Below are positions 20,757-28,778 of a stretch of 64,000 nucleotides of DNA, one piece after another; position 1 is the stretch's first letter, and each line of letters opens with the position of its first letter. The notes beneath the pieces are model-generated. The model ran no database searches and was not told the DNA's origin. It was given only the letters and a program-made list of their open reading frames with translations. The DNA lies in the NCBI GenBank assembly GCA_905234455.1, contig CAJOIH010000012.1, forward strand, positions 5,416 to 69,415, in the 5' to 3' direction. Made by a program: the position numbers and the translations under genes. This DNA comes from an uncultured Bacteroidales bacterium (GTDB lineage Bacteria > Bacteroidota > Bacteroidia > Bacteroidales > F082).

Positions 20757-22337
20757 TTATCGAATAATTCTTTTTACCCAGGTTTTTCCGTCGCTCAATC
20801 GCGTATAACGGACGATGTAGATGCCGTGTGACAAGAGGCTTTCATCCGTCACGGCCCTTCCCATGATGTCGAAGTACTCCACTTTACCATCGTCGTTCAG
20901 TTCCAATGGCTCGTCCACCCCGTTTTCCGGGCTCACCGTCCAGTGCGCCCGCCAGCCTGTGGCTGTGGTGGCACAGTCGGAGCGGAACTCCACGCACAGG
21001 GTATTGCCTGACGAGGTCACCGAACCTGGACTTGTGGTGTTCCATCGACCCAGCTTGGGCGCGAATTCGTTACTGCCGTCGTAGATCCATAGGAAGTCGA
21101 AGTCCGTTTCAAGGTCGAAGTGGCTGAAATTCAAAGTAATACATCTTCCCTCATCGCAACGGATCACCCAAATGCGGCGTTCGTCGTCGCCATAGTTCTC
21201 GTGGTCGAGGTCGCCTTCGTTGACGCCTGATCCGCCGAGCGATATCGGCCAGGTGCCTTGGTTGATGAGTTTATAGTAATAGTCCCAGTTCCAGAACGGT
21301 CCCGGGTCGGTGTGGGTTTGGTCGGGGTAATGCTGGTGACCGCGGATCTGGATGCAGGCGCCTTCGCCACCCAGGTTGTGCAGTCCCGAATCGAGGGCGG
21401 TGCCGTTGTCGAGCGTGTCGGTACAAAAGGTGCGATAGCCGTCGATGGCCTCGTAGCGCTGGCATATGTTGCGCACCAAGTCGGCGGAGGAATGGTACAT
21501 GGCTTCGGTGAAGAAGCTGATGATGTCGCCATAGGCCTCGTGTTCGATACCGATGGTATAGCCGTTGGCCGAGCGGGCATGCCAAGCCTTGTCAGCCTCG
21601 CGCACCATCTGTGTCACCTGGCCGTCGCTCGAACGGAGCACATAATGTGCCGAAACCTCAGCGTCACAGTTCTGGAACCAGCTGATGCAGCCTGCGTAGG
21701 AGCCTTCGGTATAGTGGATCACCACGGCACTCACCTCTTTGGTGCGTTCCTCGTAGTTGCAGGGAGGGGCAGGCACCCAGATGGCTCCCGGGTAGTCCGT
21801 CTCGCGGCTCACCGTCACCGTCTCGCCCGAGAGCAGGGCATAGTCGTCACCGAAGAGCTGTTTGAGGTCGGCGCCCAGCCGGTGGTACACCGAGTAGAGC
21901 ATCATCTTCATGGGAAGCTCGTCTTTCTTCTCCTTGAGTGGCAGTTCGGAGAGCGCCTCTATGACCGGAACATAGTCCTCTACCCTATTGGAACGGATGC
22001 CGAGCTGTTCTGCCACTTTTTCACAGGCCTTGGCATAGGCCAGCACGTTGACGGCGGGGTCATTCAGGAGATCGTCGATGGGGAAGCCCGAGAGTTGCGA
22101 CACCGTCTTGAGGTTCTCGCGGAAACAGCCCTTGCCGTCGAGCACCATGCCCATCATGCCATAGGCGCGGGGCATGGCGGTGGGATCGTCGGCAGGAACG
22201 GTATAGTCGGCATCGGTCAGGTGATGGCATTGGGTATTGGTGAAAGCAATTGCCTCAAGCAGTCCGGCAGGCAACGAAGGGCACTGTTTCTCAGCCAGTT
22301 GAAACACGGAAAGGAACAGCAGGACGAGGATTTTCAT
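20757..22337 (-). CDS. Secreted N-acetylmuramoyl-L-alanine amidase (Amidase_2/PGRP fold) with CUB-like domain and possible T9SS-type C-terminus
   Basis: Signal peptide. VVIHYTEGSYAGCISWF...AHYVLRSSDGQ...AWHA...GIEHE (Amidase_2). RIWVIRCDEGRCITLNFSHFDLETDFDFLWIYDGS...LCVEFRSDCATTATGWRAHW (CUB-like). C-terminus GIYIVRY...WVKRIIR. Confidence 0.75.
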   Translation of the reverse strand: MKILVLLFLSVFQLAEKQCPSLPAGLLEAIAFTNTQCHHLTDADYTVPADDPTAMPRAYGMMGMVLDGKGCFRENLKTVSQLSGFPIDDLLNDPAVNVLAYAKACEKVAEQLGIRSNRVEDYVPVIEALSELPLKEKKDELPMKMMLYSVYHRLGADLKQLFGDDYALLSGETVTVSRETDYPGAIWVPAPPCNYEERTKEVSAVVIHYTEGSYAGCISWFQNCDAEVSAHYVLRSSDGQVTQMVREADKAWHARSANGYTIGIEHEAYGDIISFFTEAMYHSSADLVRNICQRYEAIDGYRTFCTDTLDNGTALDSGLHNLGGEGACIQIRGHQHYPDQTHTDPGPFWNWDYYYKLINQGTWPISLGGSGVNEGDLDHENYGDDERRIWVIRCDEGRCITLNFSHFDLETDFDFLWIYDGSNEFAPKLGRWNTTSPGSVTSSGNTLCVEFRSDCATTATGWRAHWTVSPENGVDEPLELNDDGKVEYFDIMGRAVTDESLLSHGIYIVRYTRLSDGKTWVKRIIR

Positions 22338-22454
22338 GGCTTCAGACTTGATTTATACGCAAAAATAGCGATTTGGAATAAAATTTGAGAACTCCCGTGT
22401 AACTTTTTTTAAGTTCAAACGTTTTATATAGGTCACACAACAACAAACAAGACA

Positions 22455-22868
22455 ATGAGCAACAACAAACGACTTGAAAGAGACCTCGGGAACAAGGTTC
22501 TTGGGGGTGTCTGCTCCGGATTGGGCAACTATTTCGACATAGATCCCACTTTCTGGAGGGTACTGTTTTTCTTCCTGTTTTTCATGGGATGTTCAGGACT
22601 TCTGATTTACATCATCCTATGGATTGTGATGCCTTCCGCTGTAGTGCAGCCCGGCAGCAGCGTAGTGCAGGACGCCGAGGTGGTTGGCGAGGCCGTTGAG
22701 CCGAAGAAGAGCAACGGCAGCATGACCGCGGGTCTGATCCTGATCGGCATCGGCGCCATCAGCCTGCTGGCTCGTTACATTCCCCAAATCAGCTGGCACA
22801 CTGCCTGGCCTATCCTCCTGATCATCATCGGTATTATCATCATCATCCCTAAAAACAAGAAGTCATGA
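22455..22868 (+). CDS. PspC domain-containing membrane protein
   Basis: LGGVCSGLGNYFDIDPTFWRVLFFFLFF PspC signature plus TM helices. Confidence 0.8.
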   Translation: MSNNKRLERDLGNKVLGGVCSGLGNYFDIDPTFWRVLFFFLFFMGCSGLLIYIILWIVMPSAVVQPGSSVVQDAEVVGEAVEPKKSNGSMTAGLILIGIGAISLLARYIPQISWHTAWPILLIIIGIIIIIPKNKKS

Positions 22869-23812
22869 AAAACAAGAATCTCATCACTGGATTACTGATT
22901 ATATTTGTCGGTGTGGTGGCGCTGTTGGCGGCACTCAACGTATTCGAGTTCCATTGGACCATCGTGTTGAGGTTGTGGCCTTTGATGCTCATCATGTTCG
23001 GCATCACCCTGCTGCCTTTGAATGATTACCTGAAGGGAGGCCTGCTGTTGCTTTCGTTGATGGCGGGCTGTTTTCTGTACCACGTCGAGGCCAAGGATTA
23101 CCATGGCAACGCGATCACGCGGTTCTGCCACAATGTCAAGAGTTGGAGCATCAACGAAGATGAGGATGAGGAAGAGGCCGATATCGAATATGTCATGGAG
23201 CAGTACTTTGCAGAGCCCTACGAAGAGGCAGAAACGGCCTCCATTGACATCGATTTCGGGGCGGGCAACCTCGTGTTGAAAGCCCCTTGCGCCGAGTTGG
23301 CCACCGTGGATGCCAATAGCAACTTCGTGAAGTACAACTTCCGCAGCGAGCGTGGCGACAAGGGTCCCTCGATCTTCGTGGAAGGCGAAGGCCACACCAA
23401 GCATATCAAGAAGAAGAATGAGAACGACCTTGACGTTGCCCTTTGTGCCAAGCCTGTTTGGAATTTCGTCCTCGACATGGGGGCTGCCAATGCCGATCTC
23501 GACTTCTCCCCATACAAGGTGTCGTATGTGGAGGTCAACGGAGGTGCCTGCAACCTCGACCTGAAGCTGGGCGACAGCGGTTGCAACACCCGGGTGGAGA
23601 TCAACACCGGAGCTTCCGACATCGACATACAGGTTCCTGTGGGCGTCGACTGCGAGGTCAACATGGACTCGGCCCTCACCGGCAAGGACCTTCCCGGCTT
23701 CGAGAAAGTCGAAAGAGGACTGTGGAGGACCCCCGGTTTCGGGCAGGGCGCCTATCAAACCGTGATCAACATTGACTGCGCCGTTTCCAATATTTCGGTG
23801 GTACGCTATTGA
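22865..23812 (+). CDS. LiaF-like/DUF4097-like membrane protein (putative envelope-stress partner of the PspC protein)
   Basis: LiaI/LiaF-type N-terminal TM region (LLIIFVGVVALLAALNV...WPLMLIMFGITLL), an acidic linker and a beta-rich C-terminal domain. ATGA overlap with the PspC gene. Confidence 0.55.
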   Translation: MKNKNLITGLLIIFVGVVALLAALNVFEFHWTIVLRLWPLMLIMFGITLLPLNDYLKGGLLLLSLMAGCFLYHVEAKDYHGNAITRFCHNVKSWSINEDEDEEEADIEYVMEQYFAEPYEEAETASIDIDFGAGNLVLKAPCAELATVDANSNFVKYNFRSERGDKGPSIFVEGEGHTKHIKKKNENDLDVALCAKPVWNFVLDMGAANADLDFSPYKVSYVEVNGGACNLDLKLGDSGCNTRVEINTGASDIDIQVPVGVDCEVNMDSALTGKDLPGFEKVERGLWRTPGFGQGAYQTVINIDCAVSNISVVRY

Positions 23813-23849
23813 TTTTTATCAAGAATTAGAGTATTTGTGTTTTTTTTAG

Positions 23850-23857
23850 TACCTTTG
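23850..23857 (+). promoter_or_regulatory. Bacteroidota -7 promoter box (TAccTTTG)
   Basis: TAnnTTTG match 25 nt upstream of the ATG at 23882. Confidence 0.5.
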
Positions 23858-23881
23858 CAAGTTTAAAAGTGTTTTTGAACT

Positions 23882-26224
23882 ATGCAAAGGTATCTTTTTC
23901 ATCGGCTGGTATTGGCTTTGGCCATGGTCTTCAGCGCTTCGTTCGCATTCGCCCAGAACAACGACATCAAAGGCTTTGTTTATGAAGAGTCGACGGGTGA
24001 ACCCATGATGTTCACCAACGTCTTCCTGAAGGGCACCACCTTGGGTTGCTCCACCACGGAGAACGGCTATTTCAACATCACCCGCATCCCTGACGGGACC
24101 TATACCCTTTGCATTACTTGTGTGGGTTACGACACGTTGACCGACAGGATCAGCCTTGCCCACGGGCAGACCATCAACAAGAAATACACCTTGAAGGAGG
24201 CCAGCCTGATGTTGGAGACGGTAAGTGTGACGGCGGAGAAGGTGGAAGCCAGGACCGAGACCAAGACTTCGGTCATCACGGTGACGCCCAAGACCATCAA
24301 CAAGATCCCGAGTGTAGGCGGTCAGGCCGACTTGGCCCAGTACCTGCAAGTGGTACCCGGTGTGATCTTCACGGGCGACCAAGGCGGCCAGTTGTACATC
24401 CGTGGCGGTTCCCCCATTCAAAACAAGGTGCTACTCGATGGCATGGTGGTGTACAACCCATTCCACTCCATCGGCCTGTTCTCAGTGTTCGACACGGACA
24501 TCATCCGCAACGCCGACGTTTTCACCGGAGGTTTCGGTGCCGAGTATGGCGGCCGTATCTCGTCGGTGATGGACATCAGCACCCGTGACGGCAACAAGCG
24601 CCACTGGACCGGCAAGATCGGCACCAGCTGCTTCGGCGCCAAACTCACTCTCGAAGGCCCCATCGTGAAACCCAAGACCAACGACGACATGGCTGTCACC
24701 ATGGTGCTTTCCGCCAAGAACTCCTATTTGGAGCAGACCAGCAAGGTACTTTACAAATACGCTTCGGAAGACGGCCTTCCGTTCAACTACTCTGACCTGT
24801 ATGGCAAGTTCTCCCTCAACGCCCCCAACGGATCGAAGGTGAACTTCTTCGGGTTCTCTTTCAACGACAAGGTGAACAACTACAAGGCTTTGTCGGACTT
24901 CAACTGGAACTCATGGGGTGCTGGCACCAACTTCCTGGTCATCCCGGGCAAGGCTCCTGTGATGATCGAGGGCAACATCGCCTATTCGAGCTACCTCTCC
25001 AACATGCATGAGGACAACAACCCCGACCGTTACAGCAAGATCGAGGGCTTCAACATGGGATTCGACTTCAGCTACTTCCTCGGCAAAAACACATTGAAAT
25101 ACGGTGTTGAGGTGCTAGGCTTCTCCACCGATTATGTCACCTACAGCACCTACGGCAACTATCGGATCAAGGCCACCAACTATTCCACTGAGATTGGTGC
25201 TTACGGCAAATACAAGGCCACAGTGGGCAAGTTCTTGCTGGAGCCCAGCCTGCGTTTGCAATACTATGCCGACTTTACCGAGCTCTCCTTGGAGCCTCGC
25301 ATCGCACTCAAGTACAACGTCAGCGACCGCTTCAGGCTGAAAGGCGCGGCGGGACGTTATTCACAGGACTTCGTGGCCGCCACCAGCGACCGCGACGTGG
25401 TGAACCTGTTCTACGGCTTCCTGTCGGGTGTAGACAACCTGCCCAATACTTTCAATGGCGAGAAGACCACCTCGAAGCTCCAGAAAGCCAATCACTATGT
25501 GCTCGGCGCCGAAGTCGACCTAACCAACGACCTGACCATGAACCTCGAAGGCTATTGGAAGCAATTCACCCAGTTGACCAACCTGAACCGTAACAAGATG
25601 TACCAAGACAATGAGGAGAACGCCTCATTGCCAGGCCTTCTGAAGAAGGACTTCATGATTGAAGACGGCGATGCCTATGGCTTCGACCTCTCGTTGAAAT
25701 ATGAGACCAAGCACTGGTATTTCTGGGGCGTGTATGCCTTGGGATTCGTCAACCGCAACTACGAGAAATACGACAATGGAGAGGTGAGCCTGGTGAGTTA
25801 TCAACCCCACTTCGACCGTCGCCACAACGTCAACTTGATTTTGACCTACACTGCGGGCGACCTGCGCCAGTGGGAATTCAGCGGCCGTTGGAACTTCGGC
25901 ACTGGTTTCCCGTTCACCCAGGTACAGGGCTTCTATGAGTTCCTCTCCTTCCAGGACGGCATCTATTTCGACTACACCACCACCAACGGTGAGTTGGGTG
26001 TGATCTTCGCCGACCTCAACCAAGGCCGGTTGCCCACCTACCATCGTTTCGACATCGACGTGAAGCGCAAGTTCTTCTTCAGCGAGCGCACCATGCTGGA
26101 AGTTGACCTCGGCGTCACCAACGTCTACAACCGAGCCAATGTGTTCTATGTGGACCTGGTTACCTATGAGACCGTGCACCAGCTGCCCGTGCTGCCCTCT
26201 TTGGGTTTGACTTTAACCTTCTAA
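23882..26224 (+). CDS. TonB-dependent receptor with N-terminal CarboxypepD_reg domain
   Basis: Signal peptide. GFVYEESTGEPMMFTNV...GYFNITRIPDGTY (CarboxypepD_reg). Plug-like segment (VTPKTINKIPSVGG...YIRGG). Beta-barrel ending in the terminal LTLTF. Confidence 0.82.
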   Translation: MQRYLFHRLVLALAMVFSASFAFAQNNDIKGFVYEESTGEPMMFTNVFLKGTTLGCSTTENGYFNITRIPDGTYTLCITCVGYDTLTDRISLAHGQTINKKYTLKEASLMLETVSVTAEKVEARTETKTSVITVTPKTINKIPSVGGQADLAQYLQVVPGVIFTGDQGGQLYIRGGSPIQNKVLLDGMVVYNPFHSIGLFSVFDTDIIRNADVFTGGFGAEYGGRISSVMDISTRDGNKRHWTGKIGTSCFGAKLTLEGPIVKPKTNDDMAVTMVLSAKNSYLEQTSKVLYKYASEDGLPFNYSDLYGKFSLNAPNGSKVNFFGFSFNDKVNNYKALSDFNWNSWGAGTNFLVIPGKAPVMIEGNIAYSSYLSNMHEDNNPDRYSKIEGFNMGFDFSYFLGKNTLKYGVEVLGFSTDYVTYSTYGNYRIKATNYSTEIGAYGKYKATVGKFLLEPSLRLQYYADFTELSLEPRIALKYNVSDRFRLKGAAGRYSQDFVAATSDRDVVNLFYGFLSGVDNLPNTFNGEKTTSKLQKANHYVLGAEVDLTNDLTMNLEGYWKQFTQLTNLNRNKMYQDNEENASLPGLLKKDFMIEDGDAYGFDLSLKYETKHWYFWGVYALGFVNRNYEKYDNGEVSLVSYQPHFDRRHNVNLILTYTAGDLRQWEFSGRWNFGTGFPFTQVQGFYEFLSFQDGIYFDYTTTNGELGVIFADLNQGRLPTYHRFDIDVKRKFFFSERTMLEVDLGVTNVYNRANVFYVDLVTYETVHQLPVLPSLGLTLTF

Positions 26225-26236
26225 CCTAGCTACCCA

Positions 26237-26824
26237 ATGGACCGAATGAAAAAGTTTTTCTTTATTTTGGCACTCAGCCTGCTGTCCTTCAGCGGCATGG
26301 CGCAGAAGTTCTCCGAGGATGATGTCAAGCAGTTCTATAGAACCCTACAAGGTGTTTATGTTGGGCAACTCAACGACTCCACCACGGTTACCATGCACTT
26401 TGCCTCCATTTGGGAGTATGACCCTTTCAAATGGCTCTATTTGGAGGTCATCAACGATGTGACCAAGGAAGTGATGACACAGAACGTGTTGGAGGTCATC
26501 CCTGTTTCCGACATCACCTTCAAGCTGGCGGTGTACCAGCTCAAGTCGCCCGAGCTCTTTGTTGGCAAATGGAGCAACCGCAATTTCTTTGACGGTTTCA
26601 ACACCGCGATGCTGACGGGAAAGGGCGTCTTCAAGTTCATGAAGACCAAGAACTACGAGTACCAGACCGAGTGGAACAGCCGCAAGGCGTTAACCTGTTT
26701 CCCGTCAGGCGACAAGTTACACTTCAAGTTCTCGCAGGGGGATGAGCGGTTGGACGTAAAACGTTTGCTGAAGGGTTCCTCCCATCTCGTCGGTTACTTT
26801 TTCCTCAAGGCGCCGATGGACTAA
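26237..26824 (+). CDS. Hypothetical secreted protein
   Basis: Signal peptide MKKFFFILALSLLSFSGMAQ. No family recognised from sequence alone. Confidence 0.5.
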   Translation: MDRMKKFFFILALSLLSFSGMAQKFSEDDVKQFYRTLQGVYVGQLNDSTTVTMHFASIWEYDPFKWLYLEVINDVTKEVMTQNVLEVIPVSDITFKLAVYQLKSPELFVGKWSNRNFFDGFNTAMLTGKGVFKFMKTKNYEYQTEWNSRKALTCFPSGDKLHFKFSQGDERLDVKRLLKGSSHLVGYFFLKAPMD

Positions 26825-28139
26825 GTTTGAAGACCCAAGCTGCGGTACTCAGGATATCACTCAAACGAAGGCTGCCCGTTTCGATGACGAGGCGGCCTTT
26901 TTCGTAGTGCCATGGAAGGTTCTTCCCGCTGCCGAGCAGGGTGACCGTCATATTCTTGTCGGGTTCGTCGAGGTCGAGTACCAGTTGTTGGTCGGGGTAT
27001 TCCAAGGCGATGGCATAAAGGGCACCGTTGCCTTGTGTGAAGCATACCTTGGGCTGTGCTGTAGTATCATTGCGGTAGGGCTGGGACCCATAGATGGCTT
27101 CGCCGTTGACCTCGAGCCAGCGACCCAGGTCGAGCAGGCGTTCTTGCTGGAGCATGGGGATGGTGCCGTCAGCAGCGGGACCCACGTTGATGGTCAACCC
27201 ACCGCCTGCGGCCACCAGGATGACGAAATGGCGGATCAACTCGTCGGAAGTCAGGTAGTTTTCCAGTGGTTCGTTGCGGTTGAGTCCAAAGGAGCGTCCT
27301 ATGCCACGGCATTCAGCCCAGGGACGGTCATTGAGTTTGGCACGGCCGGTATATTCGGGAGTGCGGAAACCATGTTGCTGGCCGCTGCCCCAGCGATCGT
27401 TGACGATGGCCTTGTCGCCTACCGTGTTGTAGTACCACGAGATCAGCTCGGTGGCGTGCCATTGCTCCGCACTGTTGCGCCACTCGCCGTCGGTGAAGAG
27501 CACCGTCGGTTGGTAGCGCATGACAAGTTCCTTAAATTGTGGGATCATGTGCGTATCGACATATGCTGCTATGGAATCATCAGGGTCTTCGTACCAGCAA
27601 TGGATCTTGCTGGTCCATTCTGGCAGGGAGTAGTAGAAGCCCATCTGCAAACCCTGTTTGCGCACGGCCTCGGTCAGTTCCCCACAGATGTCGCGATGGG
27701 GACCTGTTTCCACTGAATTCCAATTTGGTGCATATTGGCTGGGCCAGAGGCAGTAGCCGTCGTGGTGCTTGGAGACCAGGAGCACATATTTCGCGCCTGA
27801 CTTCTTGAACAACTCCGCCCATTCGTCGGGGTTCCAAAGTTCGGCTTTCCACATCGGCGCGAAGTCCTCATAGCGGAATTCCTTGCCATAGACCCGTTCC
27901 ATGAAGTCCTTGCGACTGTCGCTGGTCATGAGGCCTCGGTAGAACCATTCGGCATAGCCGTCGGGGCTAGCGTAGGCTGGCACCGAGTACAGACCCCAGT
28001 GGATGAAAATACCCAACTTGGCGTCGGAAAACCACTGCGGATAGCCTCGTTGGTTGATGGATTCCCAGGTGGGAAGGACCTGTGCTGGCAGATTGATGGC
28101 GGCTAGGGCCAGGGCGAGGATGAGGAGAAGGCGTTTCAT
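26805..28139 (-). CDS. Alpha-L-fucosidase (GH29)
   Basis: Signal peptide. GIFIHWGLYSVPAY and KYVLLVSKHHDGYCLWPS GH29 signatures. Confidence 0.88.
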   Translation of the reverse strand: MKRLLLILALALAAINLPAQVLPTWESINQRGYPQWFSDAKLGIFIHWGLYSVPAYASPDGYAEWFYRGLMTSDSRKDFMERVYGKEFRYEDFAPMWKAELWNPDEWAELFKKSGAKYVLLVSKHHDGYCLWPSQYAPNWNSVETGPHRDICGELTEAVRKQGLQMGFYYSLPEWTSKIHCWYEDPDDSIAAYVDTHMIPQFKELVMRYQPTVLFTDGEWRNSAEQWHATELISWYYNTVGDKAIVNDRWGSGQQHGFRTPEYTGRAKLNDRPWAECRGIGRSFGLNRNEPLENYLTSDELIRHFVILVAAGGGLTINVGPAADGTIPMLQQERLLDLGRWLEVNGEAIYGSQPYRNDTTAQPKVCFTQGNGALYAIALEYPDQQLVLDLDEPDKNMTVTLLGSGKNLPWHYEKGRLVIETGSLRLSDILSTAAWVFKLSPSAP

Positions 28140-28161
28140 GGAAGGATGATTTGCGACAAAG

Positions 28162-28200
28162 ATAAAAAAAATAGGGACGCATTGCGTGATGCGTCCCTAT
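28162..28200 (-). terminator. Rho-independent terminator after the small OM barrel gene
   Basis: 12-bp perfect stem atagggacgcat / atgcgtccctat with a 6-nt loop, followed on the minus strand by a T run. Confidence 0.7.
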
Positions 28201-28221
28201 CATTATGCTTCCAAAAAAAAC

Positions 28222-28746
28222 TTAGAAGTTGTAATAGATGCTGATTGCAGGAGTGCTGCCAGCAGGAGTGGCAAGGGCGAAATTCATGAAGAAGCCTTGA
28301 CCTTGTGAGAAGAAGTGGTCATAGCCGAGGAAAGCAAAGCGGAAGGCGGCGGTGAACTTTTCAGTAGCCATCCAAGCGATACCGGGCTGCAGACCGGCTC
28401 TCCACATCTGAGGGCTCAGAATGTCGATGTCGTAAGTAAGGTCACAGAACAGAGAGAACTTCTTGCCGATGGTGCCACCAATGTAGCGGACGTAAGGAGA
28501 AACGATAAATCTGTTGTACTGGAAATTTCCAAGGGCAGCAGTGTTTTCGTTGTGATAGGTGTAGCCCAGACCCGTGGCAATAGCCCATTGGCTGTTGAAG
28601 TTGTAACCGATTTCAGGAGCGATGGTGAATTCGGTCAGATTCTGTTGGACAGCAGCATTAGCTGAACCACCAATCCACAATTGCTGAGCGTTGGCTGACA
28701 TGATACCAGCAAACACGAGTGCGAGAACTAAGACTAATTTTTTCAT
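28222..28746 (-). CDS. Small outer-membrane beta-barrel protein (OmpW/porin-like)
   Basis: Signal peptide, alternating amphipathic beta-strand pattern and terminal aromatic ...SIYYNF. Length is 174 aa. Confidence 0.7.
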   Translation of the reverse strand: MKKLVLVLALVFAGIMSANAQQLWIGGSANAAVQQNLTEFTIAPEIGYNFNSQWAIATGLGYTYHNENTAALGNFQYNRFIVSPYVRYIGGTIGKKFSLFCDLTYDIDILSPQMWRAGLQPGIAWMATEKFTAAFRFAFLGYDHFFSQGQGFFMNFALATPAGSTPAISIYYNF

Positions 28747-28778
28747 GATTTAAATAATTTAATTAAACAATAGTGTTG

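Noticed and set aside
22338-22454. A TTTGGAAT sequence upstream of the PspC gene as a third copy of the GTTTGGA control box.
   Set aside because: Only the 8-nt core matches. The flanking AAAAAG, the second box at 66 nt and the TTGACAAA-N5-TAnnTTTG arrangement are all absent.
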